NCBI GenBank assembly: GCA_049472335.1
Contig: JBLIRO010000017.1
Location: 1 to 64,000, forward strand
Length of the DNA stretch: 64,000 bases
Direction of reading: 5' to 3'
Source of the DNA: a bacterium
GTDB taxonomy: Bacteria > SZUA-182 > DTGQ01 > JAFGSM01
Shown: one piece after another, positions 31,861 to 41,720 of the stretch
Position numbering within the stretch: position 1 is the stretch's first letter
How the letters are laid out: every line of letters starts with the position of its first letter
Position numbers and translations under genes: made by a program
Notes under the pieces: generated by a model
What the model was told of the DNA's origin: nothing
The model's input: the letters and a program-made list of their open reading frames with translations, nothing else
Databases searched by the model: none

Positions 31861-34785
31861 TCAATCACAAGGGTCCGGACAGAGAGTTTTGACCTGTTCC
31901 CACAAAAGGAGGGCCTCCTGATTATATGGTTCAAGTCTAAGCGCCTCTTTCAATGCATTGACAGCACCTTTGTAATCTTTCATATAAATGAAAGCGAGTC
32001 CCAGGTTGTAATGGATCTTCGGATTTTCTGAATCGAGTTCCTCTGCCTTTTCCCAAAGCCTGATTGCACCGTCGATATCTTTTTTTTCATATAGGGCTGT
32101 GCCCAGGTTTATAAGGACTTCAAGATTATCCGGATTTTGTTTGAGCAGGGTCTCCCAAATTTGTATGGCCTTATCAACTTCATTTTGTCTCAAATAGGCA
32201 GTTCCTATATGGAGATAGGGTTCCTCAAGGGTTGGGTTCACTTCTAAGGCCTTTTCCCATAGGGATATAGCTTCGGGATATTCTTCGTTCTGGAATTTTA
32301 CTGTGGCCATATTCATGAGAGGTAAAGGGTCTTTAGGATCAAGTGAATAGGCTTTTCCCCAGGTCGTTACGGCCCTTTCCGTCATGCCCTGATCAAAGAG
32401 AAGCTGCCCCATTTTAAGATATGTATTTTTATGATCAGGACTGAGTGTGATGGCTTTCTCCCAGTAGGATAGAGCCTCCCCGAATCTTTTCAGTCCAAAA
32501 GATGCCTGGCCGATATTAAAATATAGCTCAGCGGATTTTCCCCCTTTTTCAAGCGCACCTTTCAGTGCATTATATCCCTTTTCATATTCCCCCTGGGCCA
32601 GAAAAAGAAGCCCAAGGTGCTTCCATGCCTCCTGATTTTCCGGCACCATTTCAATTGCCTTTAGATAATAAACCATGGCATTTTTGTAATCGCCTTTATG
32701 GAAAAATACTGTGCCAAGGTTTATTATCCCCTCCGGATAATCCGGCTTTAACCGGATGGCCTGTTTAAATTCCTCTTCGGCCTGATCATAAAGGCCCATT
32801 GACAGATATATGCTTCCAAGGTTATTGTAGGCTTCTCCCCGATTAGGATCTATGGATAGAGCATGACGGAATGCCTTTATAGCCTCCTCTTCCCGTCCCT
32901 GACTGTGGTACAGAACTCCAAGGTTGTTGCTTGCTTCGAGGTGTTTAGGCTCTATCCGCAGGGCCCGGAGGAAGTATTTCGATGCCTCTTCAGGGGCGCC
33001 TTTATCAAATGCAAGCTGTCCCAACTGGTTGATCGCATCGGCATAATTAGGGTCCAGTTCGATGGCCATGTGTGCTGCCTTTACGGCCTTGTCCTGCTGA
33101 CCTTTAAGCCTGGAGACAACGCTCAAGTTGTAATATACCTCTGAGTACTCTGCCTGCTCAAGTGCCAGTTCGAATTCTCTCAAGGCCATGTCAAGATCGC
33201 CCTTTTTGTGATAGATAACTCCGAGATGATTATGGACATCCAAATAGTCAGGAGAGATTGTGAGTAGCCGCTTGAAAATCCTCTCTGCCTCTTCCAGGTT
33301 GCCTGTCCGTTCCTCTATGGATGCCAGATAAAATAAAGCTGATGCATTTTCAGGGTTTATTTCCAGGATTTTTTGAAACTCCTTTCGCGCCCGGTCATAA
33401 AAACCCAAATATATATAGGATACCCCGCGGTCAATACCTTCCATAATATGTATCATATCCTTTGGATCAGGCCTTTCCCCGGAATGTTCCTCTTTTGCTG
33501 TCCAGACGTATCCAAGGCTTTCGAGCCTTTGCCTCACCTGATCATCGAGGGAAACTGCGGATTCCTTTTCAGGCCCTAAAGCCGCTTTCAAGGCTGTTAG
33601 CTTGTCCTGCCAGACATTGGTTGTTTGTGGAAAAAGGTTTTTCGTCTCTTTTGGGTCTTCTATCAGGTTGTAAAGCTCGGGCCTGGGGGCGCTTACATAT
33701 TTCCATTCCGGTGTCCGGACCCCTTCAATCCGGCTCCAGCCAAAATTTAATTCCGGATACAGGCTCTCACAGAGAATTTCACTATGCAGAGAATCGACTT
33801 TTTTTATAATCAAAGGCATAAGGCTTTTACCTTCAAACTTCAGATTGATTTCTTTTGAGGATAAATCAAGGAGGTCGAGAATCGTGGGGAAGATATCAAG
33901 TGTAGTAACCATGGCATTTATCTTTCCCGAAGGGAGTGTGCCTCCGGGATCCCGAATAATCAAAGGGATCTGTAACGTAGAATCATATATGAAAATAGCA
34001 TGCGTAGGTTCGCCGTGTTCACCGAGCCCTTCGCCATGATCGGACGTGAGAATGATTATAGTCCTTTCTTTTAATTCGAGCTTCTCCATACCTTGCAGAA
34101 GATTATCAATGCAACTGTCTGTATAGGCGATTTCCCCGTCGTAAAGGTTCCCTTTGTATTCCTCCTTGAAAGGGTTTGGAGGCAGGTATATGGCATGAGG
34201 ATCAAAATAATGCAGCCAAAGGAAAAAAGGAGCATCCTTGTTCTTTTCCAGCCAATTCAGTCCTGCCTGTGTGACGGCCTCTGCTCTGCGCTCATTTTCA
34301 AGTAATATTGCGGCGGCCCCTTCCTTGGGGAGAGAATCATCATAGAAATCAAATCCCTGGTCCAATCCGAAAAGGGAATCCAGCACAAAGGCCCCTATAC
34401 AGGCACCCGTCCGATACCCCTGTGCCTTCATAACCTCTGCTAAAGTTGTGGCATCGGGCCCAAGGATGAAATTGCCATTATTCCTTATTCCGTGCTGGAT
34501 AGGATACTGGCCCGTCATAATCGAAACATGGGATGGAAGAGTGACTGGCACCGGAGTAAAGGCCCTGGTAAAAAGCACCCCTTCTTTAGCAAGGCTGTCA
34601 ATTGCAGGTGTTTTGACCTTATTATAACCATAACAACCCAGATGATCCGCCCTTAGGGTATCAATGGTTATTAGAAGAAGGTTGTACCTTGGCCCTTTTG
34701 CCCGGCTGCCCATAGGTGAAGCAAACTTTGCAGCAGAAACTAATAATATGACTGATGTGATTACTGTGAAAAAAAGTCTTTTCAT
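31861..34785 (-). CDS. Sulfatase-like hydrolase with long TPR array
   Basis: LITIDTLRADHLGCYG, TLPSHVSIMTG, HYFDPH, YDGEI and TSDHGEG motifs, followed by many TPRs. Confidence 0.93.
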   Translation of the reverse strand: MKRLFFTVITSVILLVSAAKFASPMGSRAKGPRYNLLLITIDTLRADHLGCYGYNKVKTPAIDSLAKEGVLFTRAFTPVPVTLPSHVSIMTGQYPIQHGIRNNGNFILGPDATTLAEVMKAQGYRTGACIGAFVLDSLFGLDQGFDFYDDSLPKEGAAAILLENERRAEAVTQAGLNWLEKNKDAPFFLWLHYFDPHAIYLPPNPFKEEYKGNLYDGEIAYTDSCIDNLLQGMEKLELKERTIIILTSDHGEGLGEHGEPTHAIFIYDSTLQIPLIIRDPGGTLPSGKINAMVTTLDIFPTILDLLDLSSKEINLKFEGKSLMPLIIKKVDSLHSEILCESLYPELNFGWSRIEGVRTPEWKYVSAPRPELYNLIEDPKETKNLFPQTTNVWQDKLTALKAALGPEKESAVSLDDQVRQRLESLGYVWTAKEEHSGERPDPKDMIHIMEGIDRGVSYIYLGFYDRARKEFQKILEINPENASALFYLASIEERTGNLEEAERIFKRLLTISPDYLDVHNHLGVIYHKKGDLDMALREFELALEQAEYSEVYYNLSVVSRLKGQQDKAVKAAHMAIELDPNYADAINQLGQLAFDKGAPEEASKYFLRALRIEPKHLEASNNLGVLYHSQGREEEAIKAFRHALSIDPNRGEAYNNLGSIYLSMGLYDQAEEEFKQAIRLKPDYPEGIINLGTVFFHKGDYKNAMVYYLKAIEMVPENQEAWKHLGLLFLAQGEYEKGYNALKGALEKGGKSAELYFNIGQASFGLKRFGEALSYWEKAITLSPDHKNTYLKMGQLLFDQGMTERAVTTWGKAYSLDPKDPLPLMNMATVKFQNEEYPEAISLWEKALEVNPTLEEPYLHIGTAYLRQNEVDKAIQIWETLLKQNPDNLEVLINLGTALYEKKDIDGAIRLWEKAEELDSENPKIHYNLGLAFIYMKDYKGAVNALKEALRLEPYNQEALLLWEQVKTLCPDPCD

Positions 34786-34804
34786 TTTTGGTCTTCTAAG
34801 GATT

Positions 34805-34957
34805 TAAATCTCCACAAGCCATCCTTGCCAGAGACACCGCCCGGTTTGATTTCGGAAGGTATCATTGTAAAAAGAACAATAGCTTTAACCAAATAACAAA
34901 CTCAGGTTCAAAAGGTGTAGTTCAGGTAGAAGGAATCCAGGAAACGTCAAAGATTTA
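34805..34957. ncRNA. Candidate rod-shaped structured RNA (unassigned)
   Basis: Six nested complementary blocks in an intergenic region (see findings). Confidence 0.35.
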
Positions 34958-35083
34958 GAAGTTTAGGATTGGCACAAGATCATACTGTAAAAATTTTTAG
35001 AACATAATAATATTATTTATAAAAGAATAATTATCAATCATACATATCTATTATAAATTTATTTAATGAAAATATCAATATGC

Positions 35084-36874
35084 CTACTTGAGCAACACAA
35101 CCCCCTCGAGCCATTGGTAATAATAGGTATTTAAAGCCACCTCTACACTCCTCAAAGAATCTTCTACTAAATGTCTGAACTCAATATCGATTTTGTGATA
35201 TTCTTTTTGCAGTTCCTTGATAAATCTATCCTTGGCAATCTTGAGCTCTGAAATTTTCTTGTCCATTTCAAATGAAGAATAGGCCTCTTTAATCTTTTCA
35301 AGATATATGTTTTTAATATATTTTGCATAGGTTTTAAAATCATCTACTGCCAGAATCTCTTCGGTAATCTTAAAAAAGTGATGACCCCATATTGCCATAC
35401 GAACAGCCTCCGGAAACATCTTCCTCTCGGTGATAAAGGCCTTCATTAAAAACCTCAGATAGTAATATCCGTAGGAGGTAAAGGATTGTCTAATTATGGA
35501 TCTTAAAAATATAAGTATTTCTTCTCCCCTGACATGGCGGGATGAATTCTGATGAGGATTTAAATTTTGTAAAAAGATAAGACAGCGTTCAAAATAGGTT
35601 TTGGGGGAATAGATTTGAGAAATGATATGCTTGTATCCGTTAATAAGTGTATTAAGATCCATTTTAGGTTTAAAATTAAATTGTAAATCATGGGTATTAT
35701 TCCCTGAAGACTCCTTCAGCAACCGGCCTTCTTTTTTTAAGCGCTTATAAAGTTGCGTATTAGGTAATGCCGTCAATAAACCCACCATCGCCAAGGGTAT
35801 TCCAGCCTCCTGAATAAATTGTATTTGTTTCTCGAAAATATCAGGCGGATCATTATCAAAACCGACAATAAAACCTCCGGTTACCTCAATTCCATTTTTT
35901 TGGATCTTTTTAATGCTTTTAACCATCTCCTGCTTTACATTTTGCCTTTTCCCTGCGTTTATAAGTGTCTCTTCCACGGGTGATTCGATACCTATAAATA
36001 CCATGTTAAAACCAGCATCGCTCATCAAATTCAATAATTCTTCATCAGAGGCCAGATCTATCGAGGCTTCTGTGAATAGCTCGAAAGGATAATTTCTCTC
36101 TCTTTGCCAATCCACAATAACGGATAGTAATTGTTTTACCAGTTTTTTGTTGCCTATGAAATTGTCATCAACAAAGAAGACAGAGCCTCTCCAGCCCAGA
36201 TTATAGATCAGATCAAGCTCTTTCTGAATTTGCCGGCTTGTCTTAGTGCGTGACTTATGACCAAACATCTCGATAATATCACAGAATTCGCAATTAAAAG
36301 GACATCCCCGTGAATATTGCAGTGCCATACTTGCATAAGAATTTATATCAAGAAGATCATACCGTGGAGCCGGGCTTAAAGAAATATCGGGCTTCCTTTC
36401 ATCCTTATAAATTTTTTTTGCTTCTCCGTTTTCCCAGTCACGGAGAAATGGGGGCAGTGTGATCTCCGCTTCATTCAAAACAAAATAGTCTATATCCTCG
36501 ATTTTTTCATAATACGATGTAGGATAAGGGCCTCCAGCCAAAATTGGCACATTTAATCTTTTGCAGCGCTTTGCGAGCGTGGCCAGGGAATCCTTCTGAA
36601 CGATCATTGCGGATGTAAATACAAGATCGGCCTGGGCAATTATCTCATCAGACAAAGGTGTTACATTCATATCAACTAATTGAACCTCATATTGAGGCGG
36701 CAACATGGCTGCAACAGTTAATAAACCAAGAGGCGGTATTGTCCCTTTTTTTCCCACTAAAGACAGAGCATATTTAAAACTCCAATAGGTAGTAGGTATT
36801 TCAGGATAGACAAGCAGAATCCTTTGTGGATGATTTAATTTTTTGTTATTATTTTTATTCATAGAATTGTTCAT
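35084..36874 (-). CDS. B12-binding radical SAM protein with DUF4070
   Basis: TYWSF, PPLGLLTVAA, SRGCPFNCEFCDI and FFVDDNFIGN motifs. Confidence 0.93.
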   Translation of the reverse strand: MNNSMNKNNNKKLNHPQRILLVYPEIPTTYWSFKYALSLVGKKGTIPPLGLLTVAAMLPPQYEVQLVDMNVTPLSDEIIAQADLVFTSAMIVQKDSLATLAKRCKRLNVPILAGGPYPTSYYEKIEDIDYFVLNEAEITLPPFLRDWENGEAKKIYKDERKPDISLSPAPRYDLLDINSYASMALQYSRGCPFNCEFCDIIEMFGHKSRTKTSRQIQKELDLIYNLGWRGSVFFVDDNFIGNKKLVKQLLSVIVDWQRERNYPFELFTEASIDLASDEELLNLMSDAGFNMVFIGIESPVEETLINAGKRQNVKQEMVKSIKKIQKNGIEVTGGFIVGFDNDPPDIFEKQIQFIQEAGIPLAMVGLLTALPNTQLYKRLKKEGRLLKESSGNNTHDLQFNFKPKMDLNTLINGYKHIISQIYSPKTYFERCLIFLQNLNPHQNSSRHVRGEEILIFLRSIIRQSFTSYGYYYLRFLMKAFITERKMFPEAVRMAIWGHHFFKITEEILAVDDFKTYAKYIKNIYLEKIKEAYSSFEMDKKISELKIAKDRFIKELQKEYHKIDIEFRHLVEDSLRSVEVALNTYYYQWLEGVVLLK

Positions 36875-37009
36875 TATAACCTTCCCTTAACTAATATTTA
36901 CTTCTAACTTTAATGCAATCGTAACATTTTTAAACATCCAAAATGTTTCAGACAATCCTATTTATGATAACAGAAAGAAATTAATTATCAAATTGAATAT
37001 AAGAAATCC

Positions 37010-37170
37010 GTAACTGCCCAAAAATCTAGTGGTTTTAGAGCAGTTAATGAAAATTGCAAAATGCAAAATGCAAAATGAAAATTTAAGGAATACATTATTT
37101 TGCATTTTAAAATTTGCAATTTTCATTTTGCAATTCTTCTCAAGATCTTACCGCAATTTTGAGAAGTTAC
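37010..37170. mobile_element. MITE-like element (161 bp)
   Basis: Ends GTAACTGCCCAAAA / TTTTGAGAAGTTAC, flanked by AGAAATCC and GGAAATCC; interior of inverted GCAAAAT heptamers. Confidence 0.65.
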
Positions 37171-37247
37171 GGAAATCCTATCTAAATATTTGTCTTTTTT
37201 TAAGAATGACTGCTAAGGGTAAGACCTTCAGGGGGGAATGTTACAAA

Positions 37248-37562
37248 TCAGCTTAAAAGCTTTTTAATTAAATCAGTTCTTATCTTATCTATATCCACAT
37301 TTTCAACTTTATCGTAATTTGATAATATCTTTTTTACTTTTTCTTCCTCCTCCCACCAACACTCACATCCGTATACTATTTTTCCTGAATCCAGCTCTAT
37401 CTTTGGACATGGTTTTCTGGTTTCCTTAAAAAATGTAGCAAGAAATCCTACTGCCTCTTCAGGGACAAAGTCACCAATATATCTTCCGAATCCCAGAAAT
37501 TTCACATCGTCGTCATTAACTTCCAGAATCGCCCCTACTCTTGTTCCTACTTTTGTTTCCAC
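37248..37562 (-). CDS. Hypothetical protein (YGCECWW motif)
   Basis: Good RBS (GGGAGG) and GTG start; function not recognised. Confidence 0.75.
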   Translation of the reverse strand: METKVGTRVGAILEVNDDDVKFLGFGRYIGDFVPEEAVGFLATFFKETRKPCPKIELDSGKIVYGCECWWEEEEKVKKILSNYDKVENVDIDKIRTDLIKKLLS

Positions 37563-37843
37563 CTTTCCTCCCTTCTATTCTAAAATTTTGGGTTAAACAT
37601 TGTCCCTTGCTTTTTAATTGGTGATAAAGGTATCAGAAAAATTAACAATATCGGTATTTAAAACTAAAGCTTTTTTCACTTTCATAATATTTTCTTATCG
37701 GTCAAATTAGGAAAAAAACTTATACATTTAATTCAGGCGTATTTTTTCTGCACACATTATCGATTTCCTTGGATGTCACTATTTATGACCTTTTCCGGTT
37801 TTTGGCTTTTTTATAAAAAATTAAGATAGCAGACACTTTTAAT

Positions 37844-37875
37844 AAAAAAAGGGCCAGGATTAAATTTCCTGACCC
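37844..37875 (-). terminator. Rho-independent terminator after the hsp20 cluster
   Basis: GGGTCAGGA...TCCTGGCCC hairpin followed by a T-tract on the minus strand. Confidence 0.7.
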
Positions 37876-37931
37876 AGTTTTGTCGCAATCGCAAAAAGTC
37901 TAAGCTCTTGGTGAGAATAGGCTATAATGCC

Positions 37932-38387
37932 TTACTTCACATTTACCGTAATTTGTTTTGCTTTTGCCGGTTCTGCCTTAGGTAGCGTGACTTCCAGGAT
38001 GCCCTTCTTATAACTCGCTTCAACCTTGTCACCTTCAATGGGGCATGGAAGAGGAATAGATCTGTAGAAGGAGCCATATCTGCGTTCAACCATATGATAG
38101 TTCTTTTTCTTTTCCTCTTTTTCCTCTTTCTTCTCCCCTTTAATCGTCAATGTGTTTTCTGTAAGTGAAATCTGAAAATCCTTCGAATCAAGACCGGGCA
38201 TCTCGGCTTTGACAATTATCTCCTTTTCTGTCTCTTCCATGTCCACAGCAGGGGCTCTCAGGCCGCTTCCCTGCCAGCCTTCGATATCTCTCTCCTTCGC
38301 CCGTCCGAAAAAATTGTCGAATAAATTATCAATCTCTTCCCGAAGATCTGCCAAGGGATGCCTTTCTCTCCAAGGTATTAAAGCCAT
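37932..38387 (-). CDS. Hsp20/alpha-crystallin small heat-shock protein
   Basis: PAVDMEE, AEMPG, ERRYGSFYR and YKKGILEVTLPK motifs. Confidence 0.95.
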   Translation of the reverse strand: MALIPWRERHPLADLREEIDNLFDNFFGRAKERDIEGWQGSGLRAPAVDMEETEKEIIVKAEMPGLDSKDFQISLTENTLTIKGEKKEEKEEKKKNYHMVERRYGSFYRSIPLPCPIEGDKVEASYKKGILEVTLPKAEPAKAKQITVNVK

Positions 38388-38411
38388 AAACCATCATCTC
38401 CTTTCATAACA

Positions 38412-38807
38412 TTATTTGACATTAATGGTTATTTCTTTGTTTTTTGCCCTCTCTTGCTTGGGCATCTGTATAGTCAATACTCCTTGCTTGTAATCCGCCT
38501 GGATCTTCTCCTGATTTATTTCAGCGCCAAGCTCAAAGGAACGCTTATAATCACAAGGCCTGAATTCCAGGTATCTAAAATCTCCCTTCTGAGGGATCCT
38601 GGCATTTCCCGTGATATTTATAACACCCTTATCAATGTGAACCTTGATATCATCTTTGGAAACGCCGGGCATGTCCAACATCATTACCAACGCTTCTTCT
38701 GTTTCATAAACATCCACGGCGGGTGATATATAGTTTATGTCAGAGGTGCTCTCTGCATCTTTACTTGTTGGTCGATTCGGTTCTTTTTTTACAGGCAGTT
38801 TTGACAT
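38412..38807 (-). CDS. Hsp20 small heat-shock protein
   Basis: PAVDVYE, LDMPGV and YKQGVLTI motifs; AGGAGG RBS supports ATG 38807. Confidence 0.92.
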   Translation of the reverse strand: MSKLPVKKEPNRPTSKDAESTSDINYISPAVDVYETEEALVMMLDMPGVSKDDIKVHIDKGVINITGNARIPQKGDFRYLEFRPCDYKRSFELGAEINQEKIQADYKQGVLTIQMPKQERAKNKEITINVK

Positions 38808-38838
38808 TTTTCCAACCTCCTTTTTACAATTTAATTTG

Positions 38839-39288
38839 CTATTTAACTGTAACACTGATCTTTTTTGGCTTTGCAGATTCAGCCTTTGGAAGTGTAATGC
38901 ACAAAATCCCTTTTTCATAGTCTGCTTGAATCTTCTCCGAATCCACCTCCACCGGAAGAGCTACCGCCCTTATGAAAGTTCCGGTAACCCTCTCTTTTCT
39001 GTGATAATCCTTTGCCTCTATATTTTCGGGTGCAGGCTTTTTGCCGCTGATGCTGAGGGTGTTGTTTTTAATGTTGATCTGGAAATCATCCTTTTCGAGC
39101 CCGGGAATCCGTGTGTCCAAATAAAGGTTTTCTTCATCCTCCCTGAGATTCATAGGAGGATAATTGGAATGAGCGCTTGTCGTGTAATATACCCTTGGTA
39201 ATGGTGCCGGCCATTCAAAAAGACGGTCGATTTCGTTTTGTAAATCCCTGATATCATGAAATAAATCCCATAACATATTTGGTAACAC
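38839..39288 (-). CDS. Hsp20 small heat-shock protein
   Basis: YPPMNL, YHRKER..GTF.R and YEKGILCITLPK motifs. Confidence 0.93.
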   Translation of the reverse strand: MLPNMLWDLFHDIRDLQNEIDRLFEWPAPLPRVYYTTSAHSNYPPMNLREDEENLYLDTRIPGLEKDDFQINIKNNTLSISGKKPAPENIEAKDYHRKERVTGTFIRAVALPVEVDSEKIQADYEKGILCITLPKAESAKPKKISVTVK

Positions 39289-39536
39289 CTCCTTAATGCT
39301 AATTAAAATGGGTTGTAATATTATATTATCTTATCCTTCCTCCATCCCCTGCGAATCCTTTCCCATAATTTCATCCCATTTCCCCTCCTTTAAAAAGTGA
39401 ATTAAATTTTTATAAATTTTTTATATTTTTTAAATAAGATCACTCATCCGTTTTGTCAAAATTTTTTGGAATGGTCGTGTATAAAGGTCTTGATTCATTT
39501 CGCTTGCATGTTCTACTTGAATGTTCTAATCGAAAA

Positions 39537-41348
39537 TCAGTCCTTGGTCTGTTTTGATTTACTCTTTAAGAGCGCTCTAAGCTCATCACTGTCTATCTTT
39601 TCCTTTTTTAACAACAACTGAGCCCCCCTGACAAGGATATCCTTCTTTTCCTTTAAAATGCTTAATGCCTTTTCATACTCCTTAGAGATTATCTCCTTGA
39701 TTTCATCGTCGATTTCCTGAGCCGTTGCTTCACTATAGTCCCCATGCTCCCCCAAGCCCGGATTCAAAAAGGGCGATCTCTTCTCATGGGCCAGATAGAC
39801 CTGGCCCAGCTTGCTGCTCATACCGTATTCCTTCACCATGCTTTTGGCTATATCCGTTGCCCTTGAAAGGTCGTTATGGGCCCCGGTGGAAATATCACCA
39901 AAAATGATTTCTTCTGCCGCCCGCCCCCCCAGGAGTGATGCGACCTTATTGAGAAGCTCCGTTTTGCTCATGAGAAAGCGATCTTCCGTTGGAACTTGCA
40001 TGGTATATCCCAAGGCGGCAATACCTCGCGGAATTATGGAGATTTTTTGGACCGGGTCCGTACCGGGTAATGATAAGGCCACCAGTGCATGGCCCATCTC
40101 ATGATGTGCGACGATTTGCCTCTCCTTTTTGTTGATGAGTCGGTTCTTTTTCTCTAGACCCGCAATGATCCGTTCAACCGCTTCCTCAAATTCGGGCATT
40201 CCAACCTCCTTTTTACCCCTGCGCACAGCCAGAAGCGCGGCTTCATTAACCAGGTTGGCCAGATCTGCCCCCACCATCCCGGGGGTCATATTGGCCACCT
40301 TTTCAATATCCAGATCCTTTATGGTTTTTATATTTCTCAGATGGATTTTTAAGATCTCTTCCCTGCCGATTTTGTCTGGCCGGTCCACCAGGATATGCCG
40401 GTCAAATCTGCCGGGCCTGAGCAGGGCAGGGTCCAGAATCTCCGGCCTGTTTGTTGCCGCCATCAGGATCACACCCACTTTGGGATCAAAACCATCCATC
40501 TCCACCAGCAACTGATTAAGGGTTTGCTCCCTTTCATCATGACCGCCCAGAGTGCCGAATCCTCGGGCTTTCCCAAGGGCGTCCAACTCATCGATAAATA
40601 TGATACATGGGGCCTTTTGCTTGGCCTGCAGAAAGAGGTCACGCACACGCGCGGCCCCCAACCCCACAAACATCTCTACAAATTCCGAACCGCTCAGACT
40701 AAAAAAGGGCACACCGCTTTCTCCTGCGACAGCTTTGGCCAGAAGGGTTTTCCCTGTTCCCGGAGGCCCGACAAGGAGTATACCCTTTGGTATTTTCCCT
40801 CCCAATTCAGTAAATTTCCCTGGATTTTTTAGAAAGTCGATGATTTCGACAAGCTCCTGTTTTGCCTCCTCAACACCTGCCACATCGTTGAAGGTCACGT
40901 TCAGCTCGTTTTCCATATAGATCTTTGCCCTGTTTTTGCCCAGGGACATAAAACCCGGCTGTTGGGCCCCCATCCGTTTCATGAAGAGATACCAAATACC
41001 TATCAATAACGCTATAGGGAAAAGCCATGACAAAAGATCTCGCATGACGGTTGACTCAACCTCTCCCTTAAAAACAACCGGATATTGTTCCAGCATATTG
41101 GAAAACTCGGTATCTACCCTGATCGATTTGAATAACTGTTCCTTTCCTCCGTCCACTTTCATCTTTCCCTGAATTTGGTTTGAGGAAATGGCGATTTCAG
41201 TAACTCTCCCATCCTTCAAAAGACTTAAAAACTCGCTATAAGGAATGGTCTTAATCGAAAATACCGAAGCCAGATAACTTTGCAGAAGCAAGACCACCCA
41301 TATTCCGAAAACCACATACCAGATGGAAAATTTATGGTGTTTTTCCAT
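39537..41348 (-). CDS. ftsH: ATP-dependent zinc metalloprotease FtsH
   Basis: Two TMs; [23 protein letters not shown] and HEMGH motifs. Confidence 0.97.
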   Translation of the reverse strand: MEKHHKFSIWYVVFGIWVVLLLQSYLASVFSIKTIPYSEFLSLLKDGRVTEIAISSNQIQGKMKVDGGKEQLFKSIRVDTEFSNMLEQYPVVFKGEVESTVMRDLLSWLFPIALLIGIWYLFMKRMGAQQPGFMSLGKNRAKIYMENELNVTFNDVAGVEEAKQELVEIIDFLKNPGKFTELGGKIPKGILLVGPPGTGKTLLAKAVAGESGVPFFSLSGSEFVEMFVGLGAARVRDLFLQAKQKAPCIIFIDELDALGKARGFGTLGGHDEREQTLNQLLVEMDGFDPKVGVILMAATNRPEILDPALLRPGRFDRHILVDRPDKIGREEILKIHLRNIKTIKDLDIEKVANMTPGMVGADLANLVNEAALLAVRRGKKEVGMPEFEEAVERIIAGLEKKNRLINKKERQIVAHHEMGHALVALSLPGTDPVQKISIIPRGIAALGYTMQVPTEDRFLMSKTELLNKVASLLGGRAAEEIIFGDISTGAHNDLSRATDIAKSMVKEYGMSSKLGQVYLAHEKRSPFLNPGLGEHGDYSEATAQEIDDEIKEIISKEYEKALSILKEKKDILVRGAQLLLKKEKIDSDELRALLKSKSKQTKD

Positions 41349-41623
41349 GATTGTTACTCCTTAATTGAGGACTGATAATTATTATTTTATTGATTTTCCG
41401 TTTATACAAATATACCCATTAAAATTGTATTATACCACTTATGACTAGATTAGGTTAATTGCTCAAGAAAGCCCTATGATGGAAATATGACGATTAATTT
41501 TTTTATATCATTTTTATACGTGACTTATACGAGTAAAGGATAAATAAATATGCCCCCAAATAAATAGGGGCATTGTAGAAATTAACAATAAGCCTTGAGA
41601 TAAAACTAAAAGTGGTACAATAA

Positions 41624-41655
41624 GGCATAAAAAGAAAAAATTTTCTTTTTATGCC
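41624..41655. terminator. Hairpin downstream of the DUF4921 gene
   Basis: GGCATAAAAAGAAAA-aa-TTTTCTTTTTATGCC; a second hairpin ATGCCCC...GGGGCAT lies near 41550-41573. Confidence 0.55.
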
Positions 41656-41720
41656 CCCCTCCTTTTTTGTGATTTGATTAACAAATAGAATAAATAAATT
41701 ATACAGCTTTTAATTATCAA

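Noticed and set aside
34895..34940. TPP riboswitch (TGAACCTGA on the minus strand)
   Set aside because: The CTGAGA and TAAT..GCG.AGG elements are missing, and the downstream gene is unrelated to thiamine.
37029..37256. 75-aa ORF
   Set aside because: It is a translation of the MITE heptamer repeats.
38808..38918. Extended N-terminus of the middle Hsp20
   Set aside because: It overlaps the upstream hsp20 gene, and the RBS supports ATG 38807.
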